DNA from: Piromyces finnis finn | Lineage: Eukaryota; Fungi; Neocallimastigomycota | Length of the DNA stretch: 64,000 nucleotides | Assembly (NCBI GenBank): GCA_002104945.1 | Contig: MCFH01000054.1 | Location: forward strand, 321,863 to 385,862 | Direction: 5' to 3' | Part shown: positions 1 through 10,566 of the stretch, piece after piece | Layout: every line of letters begins with the position of its first letter | Numbering within the stretch: the stretch's first letter is position 1 | Program-made: the position numbers and the translations under genes | The notes under the pieces: model-generated | Databases searched by the model: none | Told to the model about the DNA's origin: nothing | The model's input: the letters and a program-made list of their open reading frames with translations, nothing else

Positions 1-135
1 TATTTTTTTTAAAAAAAAAAAATCATTAATAATAATAATAATAATAGAAATATAAAAAGTAGTATTTAAAATGATAAAGAATAAAAAAATAAAAATAAAA
101 AAAAAAAAAAATAAATAAAAACTTATATTGTTTAC

Positions 136-2075
136 CTTTTGATAAGATTCCATTTGAATATCAATATAATCACTAAGATATTTACGGAAATCCATAATTT
201 GGAAATTATCAAAGTATTCAATTTCTTTGGTAATATCTTCATCAAATTTTTTAGAATCTAATTCACTTTTTTCTACTTCTGGTTTAAGCTAAATAATGAA
301 AAGGGGGGAAAAAATTAATAATCTTAAACTCCTATTTAAATAATGTATTTATATTATACAAATAAAAAAAAAAAAGTTATTTTATATATATATTTTTCTT
401 TTCTACTTACATCTTCGATTTTCTTTTGAAGATTATTCATTTTTTCTTCTCTTCTTAATTTAGGATCAGTACCTTTCATTTCATCATATTTACGACTTAC
501 AAATGAAGTAATACCTGAAGATATATGAGCTGGATTATTTTCATACTTTTTATATTCATTATCATAAGATTTTAAGTAACTGGAAAGACCTTCAAAATCC
601 ATTTGTTTTTGATCTCTAGCTTTAAGTGTATCCTAGATATATATTTATAAAAAAAAAGAGGGCAAGTGTGAGAAAAAAAAAAAAAAAAAGTTAATTGATT
701 TATTCATCCTTTATCAACTATTTCAACTATTATCAAATATAATATTATAAATAGTATGCTTTTACCTTATAAGATTGACAATAATTAATATATCCTTTAA
801 TATTTTCTATATATGAGTTTTCTTCTTTGGAAACCTAAAAACATACAAAAAATAAAAAATAAAAAAAGATTTTTAAATAAATATATATATATTTAACATT
901 TATAATGATTTCTATTCTTTCCAAAAGAAAAAATTGATTTTTTTTTTTTTTTTTTTTTTTTTACCTTTTCACCATAATTTCTAGAAACACTATGTAAGGT
1001 ATTAGAAAATTCTTTAACAATAGATTCTAAATCAGTATCAGTTTCTCCAAATTTTTCTGCTGCTATGGCAAATTCATTCATATGGTTTTCAAGTACTAAA
1101 GAAAATTAATATATAAATAAAATTGTGAGGAAGAAAAAAAATAGGGTTAATTACTAATTTATTAATAAAATACAAATAAATTGAAATTCCAGTAATAATA
1201 ATAATAACATTAGTAATAATAGTAATAATAATATGGATATATAGATCTATAGTGTTACTAATCTTATATAATAAACTATAAATACATAAATAATAATAAA
1301 AAAAAAAAAGGTTTAAACATTTTACATTTTTCTTGTTTGATAATATTAGTATGAAGTTTTTCTACATGTTGTAAATTAACTTCTAAACGATCCAATTTTT
1401 CTTTAGCTTTTACAAATTTTTCATTAACATTTTTTATTTTTGAGAAACTATTTACAATAGAATCACTGATACCATCTAACATAGTATTATTATCACTTTT
1501 AGCTTGTTCAATAGCTCTTGACTGTAATAATTAAAAATTAAAAAATGATGTTAATACAATATATATAAAATAATAAAAATAAAATTTAGAAATTAAAACG
1601 TAAAAATAAATGATAATAATAGATAATAGATTTATTATTTTTATTTTTTTACCATATCGGTTGATTCCAAAAAATTTTTTAAAATTTCACTAGTCTGAAT
1701 GACAGGGTGTCTAACAATACGTTGCATGTATACTTCTAATAAACGACGTCTTCTTTCTGTAAATTCTGAACTAAAACGATCCCCAGTAATAAATGATTCT
1801 ATTGACATTACGAATTTAATATATTGTGAAGGAATTAACATTTGCATGTTTTTTTTTTTATTTATTTATACTTAAAAAATTTTTAAAACATTTATTTATT
1901 TATTTATTTATTATTACCTATAACTTTTTTTTCTGGTAATGGTGGGATGATACAAGAAGGATAGGCACTAATAAGTGCATTGTTTAAATTTATAAAATCA
2001 GTAAAACGATGTCTGACTTCATTTTCAGATTTTGAATAAATATCTAAAGTGGTCTATCCAGTTTATTTTATTGGG

Positions 2076-2122
<47 letters not shown>

Positions 2123-2711
2123 GCATATGTATAGGTGTATATATTATATTAAAATAAATAGTTGAATAGGTTTTAATTTATATTGAATTTGAATGAATAT
2201 ATATAAAAAGGTATAAATAATAAATATTTGTATTTAAATATTTCATGATATATACTCTTGACTTAATTAAATAAGTGGTAAAGAATGTAGAACCGTCTCC
2301 TTCTTTTTGAGGATCACAAATTTCAACATAAAGTTTTTCTGAACTTGGAACTGTAAATGAAACGAATTTTTGTGGTTCTTCCACAAATTCCATCTTTTTA
2401 TTTTTATAGTTTCGATATATTATTAATTAATATTTGATATTTGATAATAATAAAACAAAAGATAACGATAACAAAAATTTTTAGTATAACGAATATATTA
2501 ATTTTGTAAGTGAAATATTTTTATAAATAAAAGGTTCGGGTTTATATATTTATTAAAAGACATTTGAAATTTACTTTTGATTCTTCTTCATTTTTTAAAT
2601 TTTCTTCGGTTGGTGTATAACCTAATGCCATGTAAAAATTGGTCCATTGAAAAACACCCATAATATATATATAATATAAATGTTTGGCATAAATAAATTT
2701 AGTTTATTCCC

Positions 2712-2748
<37 letters not shown>

Positions 2749-2870
2749 CTAATATTTATAATGGTGGTATTCTTTAAATAAAAAAAAAAAAAGAAGGAGA
2801 GTTGACTATAAATTATATTAGTATTCATACCAAAACCAGTATCCCATGTTATTGAATTGAAATCATCCAT
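136..2870 (-). CDS. SNX4: Sorting nexin-4 / Atg24-like PX-BAR protein (multi-exon; last exon lies beyond the left window edge)
   Basis: Hand-spliced GT-AG exons 2870-2831, 2621-2575, 2393-2256, 2053-1918, 1798-1653, then further exons down to 136, keep one frame. N-terminus MDDFNSITWDT resembles fungal SNX4 starts. PX domain: VEICDPQKEGDGSTFFTTYLI...EVRHRFTDFINL...YPSCIIPPLPEKK...DRFSSEFTERRRRLLEVYMQRIVRHPVIQTSEILKNFLES. BAR region: LKARDQKQMDFEGLSSYL. The exon ending at 136 is followed by a GTAAAC donor with no stop reached. Confidence 0.88.
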
Positions 2871-4439
2871 TTTTGTTAATTTTAATATATATTTATTTTT
2901 ATAATTTTTTTATTTTTTTTCTTTGTTTGTTATTATTGTTGTTAATAATATTAAATAAGAATTAATATTATTTATATATTTTCTTCTTTATTAATTCCTT
3001 TATATATATATATATATATTACTATTATTATTATTATTAAAATAGCTAATAATTGTTTTTTTTTTTTTTTTTTTTTTTTTCAAATTACAACTTGTTTTGT
3101 AATACTTTACAAAAGAAAAGTAAAATTATTTCATTTAAAATATAAAGTTTATTATAATAATAATATTATAGGATTAATAATAACTTTTCTTTATATATAT
3201 TTGTTGAATGAATATATATATATAAAGAAGAGGAATAGAGAAAATTGTAAAAAAAATTACTTTTTTTTTAAACTTCTAATAAAAAGTTTAAATATTCAAA
3301 ATGAAAAAAAAAAAAAAAAAAAAGTAATTTTTATAGATAGGTTAATTTAATATATTTAAATTAAAAAAAATAAAATGAAATATATTCTATTCATATATTA
3401 CAATATAATAATAATTAATATTTAATTTAATCAATAGAAATGTTTAAATTATCAATTTGAAAAAAAGAAAATTAAACTTTTTAAAATAAAAATAGAACAT
3501 TACAAGAAAGAGTCATTAAGAAGGGTAATTAATATTCAATTGACTTGTATCTTGAATAAAAACCATTAAATAATAATAATTTTCTATTTTATTATTATAA
3601 TTCCTATTTTAATAATAATATAAATATATTATATACAAGAAAAAAGTGTGTTTAACCAACTCATTTATAGGATTAAATTAAAATTGATATTTAATTATCA
3701 AAAGATTCATACCACCAACTTACTAAATAAGTTATTTTTATAATCATTAAATAAAATAAAATAAAAAAAGAAATTAAAACTGAATACTTATTTAAAAATG
3801 GTTTCATTGATGGTTTATTTAAATATTTTAATGAAAAAAGTGTGTATAATAATGATAGCTTGTCATACGATTCATTAATTTTATATCATAAAATAGTTTA
3901 TATATTAATTAATTCTACTTGTTATTTATTATACTATTGGTAAAATATTATAGTTACTATTATAGTTACCTACCATACTTTTAATCTTTATCTTCATATA
4001 TACATAAAAAAAAAAAAAAAAAAAAAAGAATATTATTTTAATCAGGAAAATTTTTTTTTTTTTTTTACATAATATTTCCAATTGAATTTTAAAATTTTAA
4101 AGTTTCAAATAAAAGACTCGTCATCGATTAGAATATTTAAATCCATTTATATGCAAAAAAAAAATAAAAAAAATAAAGATACATAATTAATACCTTTTCA
4201 ATTAATTAAGAAAGAAAAAGGAAATTGGATCATAATTATAGAAATAAAAAATGAAGATATAAAATTTTATAAAAATTTAAAGTTTAAAAGAATTTTTCAA
4301 ATTTACATTATAGGTTATAATAAAGGATAAAGTGTATTATCCATCAATTCAATAATACAAGATTTTAAAACATTTCATTATTCCTTTTTTATTTATTACT
4401 TAAATATTTAATATAAAATATTAAAATATTTAAAAAAAA

Positions 4440-7400
4440 ATGGAAATAAAATTAATTATTTTATATCTTTCCTGTCTATGTGTATTTATCTCATCAAAAG
4501 AAATTAATAAAATAAAATCAAATAATCATAGCCATATTCTATCTTCCGAAATAAGAAATACTAAAAAAGGTAAAAAATTATATAAAAAAGTAAAAAAGAA
4601 AAAGAAAAAAAAATAATAGATATGATTTACTTACTAAAATAATAATATATAAAATATCTATATTTCAATAAAATAAAAATAAATAAATAAAAAAAAAAAA
4701 AAAGAATATGAAAATGAAAACGAAATAAATGATAAAAATTTAATAAATAATAATAATATTGCCAGTATACAGCAAACAAATTATAAATCCGATAATGTTT
4801 ACGATTCGGATAGTTTTACTATCGAAAAACAATCAGTTAATGCTTTAGTTGAAAGCCAACAACAATTAGAGCAGGAACAAGAAAAAGAACATGATCAGAT
4901 TCAAGTACAAGAACAAAAAGAAGAACAGAAACAAGAACAAAAAAAAGAAAAAGAAAAAGAACAAATACAAAGATTAGAACAAGAACAAAAAAAAGAAAAA
5001 GAAAAAGAACAAATACAAAGATTAGAAAAAGAACAAAAAGAAGATCAAGTACAAAATCAACAACAATTAAAACAGGAACAAAAACAAGACCAAGTACAGA
5101 ATCAACAACAATTAGAACAGGAACAAAAACAAGACCAAGTACAGAATCAACAACAATTAGAACAGGAACAAAAACAAGACCAAGTACAGAATCAACAACA
5201 ATTAGAACAGGAACAAAAACAAGACCAAGTACATGAACAAAGTCAACAAAATCAACAACAACTAGAACAAGAGCAAACAAAAGAACATGTACATGAACAA
5301 CAGCTTTCACCAATAACACAAACCTGTGATATAATTACTACAACCGTAACTGCTATGATTACTCAAGAAAATACTATAACAGTTACTTTAACAGAACCCA
5401 CGCACATTCAATGTGTTACTACTACAGAAACTGTTGAGATACCTAGTTCAACATATACCACTACTAAAGAAACTATTAGTATTCAAACTAATTATGATGT
5501 ATCTAATACATCTGATTTTATCCCCTTAAATAGTTTAGTATGCAAGAATTTATTAAATAACTATTTTAAACCAAATTTAATTATACACTTTGATGATAAT
5601 ATTACATTATTGACTTCTGGAGAAGGATTTATTATTAATCAAGATGGAATATCTGATTGTTCAGAAAATTACTCTTTATCAAATACTAACTCGGATAAAA
5701 AATTAATGACCTATAACCCTGATAATGGTTTATGTCTTGATAAAAAGTGTCATCAAATTAAACGTGTAGTAGACTTTTCATGTAACTTTAATGACGAAGA
5801 AAATAATTTAAATAAAGAGGAAAGTATCTTCCCAACCAATAAAACAAAATGGTTTTCAATTATTAGTGGAAAAGAAATAACAACTTATTATTATGAAAAC
5901 ACTCTTGTTTGTGAAGGTGAAATGTGTCCATTATCTTTCGAATGTACCTCGAAAAAAAGTAGTGGATTAGAAAATATCACCTTTAACTATTTCAATCAAA
6001 AATTAATGGTTAAACCTAATAATAGTAAAGATGTTGAGATTTTCACAAATAATTCTCAAGTTAACGCTGTTTTAACAATATTTTCAGGATTAAATATAAT
6101 TGTATATATTTAAATAATAATTTATATCAAAATAATGATAATAATAGTAAAAAAATAATAATAATAAGTATTTGAAATATTTTCTAATTATACAACTAAA
6201 TAATTAAAAATACATTTTATATTTGTATATATATTTAATATTTATCTTATTGATAGAAAACTGTCGATGAAAATATTAATGTATGTGATTATACCGACTA
6301 TATTACATGTTTTAATGGAAAATTTATTAAATTGTAAATTATTTTTTTTTTCTTTATCATATATATATAAATAATTGGATATATAGAGTATAAATTATAT
6401 AATAATTTATATTTTATATAGAAAGAATTTATCATATAATATTAAAGAAATTAATTATTTAATCTTTTTTTTTTTTTATTAATATTTGTATAAAATTATT
6501 ATTTTACCATCTACAAATTTTTATAATTTAATTATTCTAGGAATTTATCATCATATGAAATAACCAATGACCTATGGGGATTTATTTTTAAATTAGAATA
6601 TTTAGAAGAATTATATTTACATAATTGTAAATTGACTTCAGCTTTTCTTCAAAGTATTGATCGTTTATCACATTTAAAGGTTTTAGATGTTTCTAAAAAT
6701 TCCATAACGAATGGATTAAAATATATCGCTGAACTCAAAAATTTAGAGCTTTTGTAAATATAGAGTTAAAAATATACCTATAATTGTTTTTCCTTAAAAA
6801 ATTACTAATATTATAATGATTACCTTTATTAAATATAATGTATAATATTATGTTATATATATTTGATATTCAATGCTACTTACAGAAATATATCCAACAA
6901 TCCAATTACTGATAATATTGCAATTTTAGAAAAAATTAAACACACTCTGGAAACATTTAACGCATCTAATACCCAAATTAAAGGAGACATTAATACAATT
7001 TCAAATCTATCAAATATTAAAAAAGTGTAATTATTTATATTTACTTTGTAATTTTTAAACTATATAAAAAAGTATAATTGAAAAAAAAAAAACTAATTCT
7101 ATATATATCTGATATTAAAAAAAAATAATAATTACATCTTTAGATTTCTTTCTAATTCAAATATATCTGGAGATATTTCAGTTCTATATATTAAAAAAAG
7201 AAGGTATAGATGTATTATAAAATAAGATGCTTTCGTAAACACTATTTACTTAATAAAAACAAAATTATTTTATTTAAAATAATTTTATAGTAATATCATC
7301 AAAAAGAGTGATTACATCCTACCACATTCATTGACACACCTGTAATTAATTAATATTTTAATTTAAAAAAAATATAATAATATAGTTATTAATTGAATTA

Positions 7401-9880
7401 TTATTTAATATATATATATATAATAAAATAACAGAGATATTTCAATGACTAGTATTAAAGGAAATATCAATGATTTATTTACAAATCCTTGTAACCTTGA
7501 ATATATGTAAGCTTTTGTTTTAACCAATCTTTAAGTTATTTCAATACTTTTTATTATTTTACTACCAATAACATATATTAATTTTTTATTCTACTTTTTG
7601 TCATCATTTTATATATATATTTTTTTTTGATAAATATAGAAACATAAGTAATACACAAATAATAGGATCAATTCCATCTAATTTATATCAATGTCAAAAT
7701 TTAAAATCAATGTAAATAATTTAAAAATATAAAAAAATTATAATGAAAATAATACTAATATATTTTTTATATCTTTTTTTTTCTTTTAGTAATTTATCAA
7801 ATACTCCTGTTATTGGTGAAATTTCTCCAGATATTAAAAATTTAACTAAATTGAAGGAAATGTTAGTAGTAAATATACTTTTATATACAAGAAAATATAA
7901 AAAAAAAAAAAAAAAAAAAATACTAAAATTTGTTTTTGTTTTTTTTTCTTTTAATATTGCAATACTTTTTTTATTTATTAGTATCTTATCCAGTACAGAT
8001 ATTAATAATATTAATTTGGAATATTTTATGACAATGCCAGATTTGGAAATTATGTAAATTTTTAAACCGATAGAAAAAAAATTTTTTTTCTTCAAAGATT
8101 ATATAATAATAAAAAAAAAAATTGTTTTTAATAAACTTTTTTTTTATTAAATATATATATATATAAATATATATTATTAGTAATATATCACAAACAAAAA
8201 CTAGTGGAATAATACCTGAAGATATTTCTAAATTAAAGAAATTAATCGTATTTGATATTCATAGTACAAAAATTGAAGGTTATGTTCCTAATGATTTCTT
8301 TAACCTAAATACATTAAATATTGTTGATCTTTCTAACACCTTCCTTTGTGGTGGTTATAACGAAGATGTATGTGGTATGAATTCAAAAATGGATGGTTCT
8401 ATTCGTACTATTCCAAGTTGTAAAGTAAATATTAATATGTGTAATAATTGTTCTTTCTGTCCAACAACGTGTAATCCTATAATATTTAAATATACCTTTA
8501 TGGATTGGAATAATTATGAGGAAGTTTCCTTTGAAAAAGATGTATATAATCCTTCAAGAGTTCTTTGTAAAGGTTCAACATATACCTGTCCTGTATCTTA
8601 CTATTTCTGTGTGAGTAAATATAATATGGATAATAATGTCAATAAAATTCATTTCAATACTACTACAGGTAATATTGAAATGAATACATATGCTAATTTT
8701 ATTAATACTGAAAGTCTTTTAGAACCCATGGATGAATCAATCTTACAAGAATTACACGGAGAAATTAATAATAATGAAAACTCATCTGAGGCAGAAAAAG
8801 ATATTATGAATTTCTCATCAAATGATGATCTTATTACGGAATCTCCAACTCAAAAAGAAATGTCCAAACAAATTATTCAAGAGAAAATACTAGAATTAAA
8901 TAATGAATCTGAAATGAATTTGCCAAGTAAGAACGAAACAGATACCAACCTACCTATGAATGAATCTACCAACCCCGCCGCCGCCGATAACGACAATTCT
9001 AATCCATCAAATCAAACAGAGCAAAATCAAACCAATCCTTCTAATGATAAAGACATTGAATACTATAAAAATTACTATAAAAATTATTATAATGACTACT
9101 ATAAGAATGAAAGTGATCAAAAAGTATATAAAATAATTGCTCTTGCCGTATTAATCTGTTGGGCTCTTGGATTATTCTTATTCATTGTATGGATTTTAAT
9201 AAAACATAATGATAGTAATAGATATGGCAGAAAATCTTATGATTTGTATGTTATCCTATAAAAAAAAACTTTTATATATATATTTAAAAAAAAAAAAAAA
9301 GATTAATATAATACACTTGGATATATATATATATATACTAATAGATTTATTATATTACTTTTAACTCTATAATTTTATTATATATATTTATAAATATTTA
9401 TATATATTATATATATATATTTATAGCCTTTTATTAATACCAGCAGCTATTATTTCTTTCCCATTTTCTATAATATTTATGTTTATCTATTATTGTGTTA
9501 CTACCCGTTCACCATGCCTTCCAAAATACGATGTTGATTTAATTATTGAAATGGGTCAAAATAGTGAAGCTTTCAAAAACTTTATTCAATCAAGAACACC
9601 ACCACCAAATAATAAAAATAATAGTGATCAGAAAAATAATAATAAAGATAATAAACAACCTGTTACCAAAAGTAATAATATTTCTACACCATCAAATAAA
9701 AATCATGAAAATGCATCTTATAAAAATTCTAAATATACCCATAGTATGAGTAGTGTTAATAGTAGTAGTAGTAGTGACAGTAGTAATAGTGACAATAGTA
9801 GTGATAGCAGTAGCAGTAGCAGTAGTACAGAAAGTTATAATAATAAAAAGACTAGTATCAACAGAAGAGTCATTTATTAA
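4440..9880 (+). CDS. Secreted/membrane leucine-rich-repeat receptor-like protein (~1291 aa, 13 exons, no kinase domain)
   Basis: Exons 4440-4569, 4705-6101, 6257-6333, 6541-6753, 6886-7026, 7144-7203, 7291-7341, 7435-7506, 7640-7711, 7790-7861, 7982-8053, 8181-9245 and 9427-9880. All introns are GT-AG; total 3876 nt, one open frame. Features in order: signal peptide MEIKLIILYLSCLCVFISS; Q/E repeats; Thr-rich stretch; Cys-containing domain; cap NVCDYTDYITCFNGKFIKL; about 12 plant-type LRRs (e.g. NISNTQIIGSIPSNLYQCQNLKS, NISQTKTSGIIPEDISKLKKLIV); Cys-rich region; acidic stalk; TM helix IIALAVLICWALGLFLFIVWILI; second hydrophobic helix in exon 13. Confidence 0.85.
4932..5027 (+). repeat. Coding tandem repeat, 48-bp unit x2 (QEQKKEKEKEQIQRLE)
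   Basis: caagaacaaaaaaaagaaaaagaaaaagaacaaatacaaagattagaa is repeated directly at 4932 and 4980, in frame within LRR-gene exon 2. Confidence 0.9.
5040..5232 (+). repeat. Coding tandem repeat, 45-bp unit x~4.3 (QDQVQNQQQLEQEQK)
   Basis: caagaccaagtacagaatcaacaacaattagaacaggaacaaaaa occurs at 5085, 5130 and 5175, with a variant copy at 5040 and a partial copy at 5220. Confidence 0.92.
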
Positions 9881-9970
9881 AAGAATATATATATATATAA
9901 AATTTACTTTTATTGATAAAAAATTTAATCGATCATAATTTTCATCCACATATTTCATAACACTAAAACA

Positions 9971-9983
9971 CCCCCCCCCCCCC
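9971..9983. repeat. C13 homopolymer in AT-rich intergenic DNA between the convergent LRR and RPA2 genes
   Basis: A run of 13 C is directly visible. Confidence 0.9.
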
Positions 9984-10566
9984 ATAAATTATATTCTCAA
10001 TTCAAAAAAAAAGAAATAAATTAAATATTAATAATTTTTATTTGTAAATAGATTTTTTTTCTTATATTAAAAAATATAATAAAAAATGAATAATTATAAA
10101 AGAAATATTAAAAAATAAATTGTTTTATAGTATTTTTTTTTTTTTTCATTTGTTTTCTAAAAATGTAATTATAATAATTAGAAAATAAATTGTATTGAAA
10201 AAAAAATATATATATATATATACTATAAACATTTTTGGTATTCTATCAAAGTCTAAATATTTTTTTTTTTTATATATAATATTGTAAATAGATATAATTA
10301 TAAAATTCTCTTTTTTTACATGTTATTTCATAATATTAATTAAAAAAAAAATAAAATTAACCATCTAAATTAAATAAGACATATATATATTATTATTAAA
10401 AAAAAAAAAAAGAGTATTTTAAATTTGTTTTTCAGTGGTTGAGTTGGTAACTACTATTTATATATGTATAATTGATTATATGATAAAAAAAACATTATGA
10501 TGGATTGTTTGGTTTTTTGTTGTTATTTCTAAATAATGATAATTGTGTTTTGGTACTGAATCATAT

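Noticed and set aside
3755-3943. 62-codon stop-free plus-strand frame (KEIKTEYLFKNGFIDGLFKYF...) in the SNX4-LRR divergent region
   Set aside because: No start codon, no convincing in-phase partner exons and no recognisable homology, so I cannot support it as coding.
4837-5319. 160-aa hydrophobic minus-strand ORF (VLGLVFVPVLIVVDS repeats)
   Set aside because: It is the antisense shadow of the CAA/GAA-rich coding repeats of the LRR gene.
7721-8095. Overlapping 124-aa (-) and 104-aa (+) ORFs
   Set aside because: These are read-through of intron plus 72-nt LRR exons and the antisense strand; the spliced LRR model explains them.
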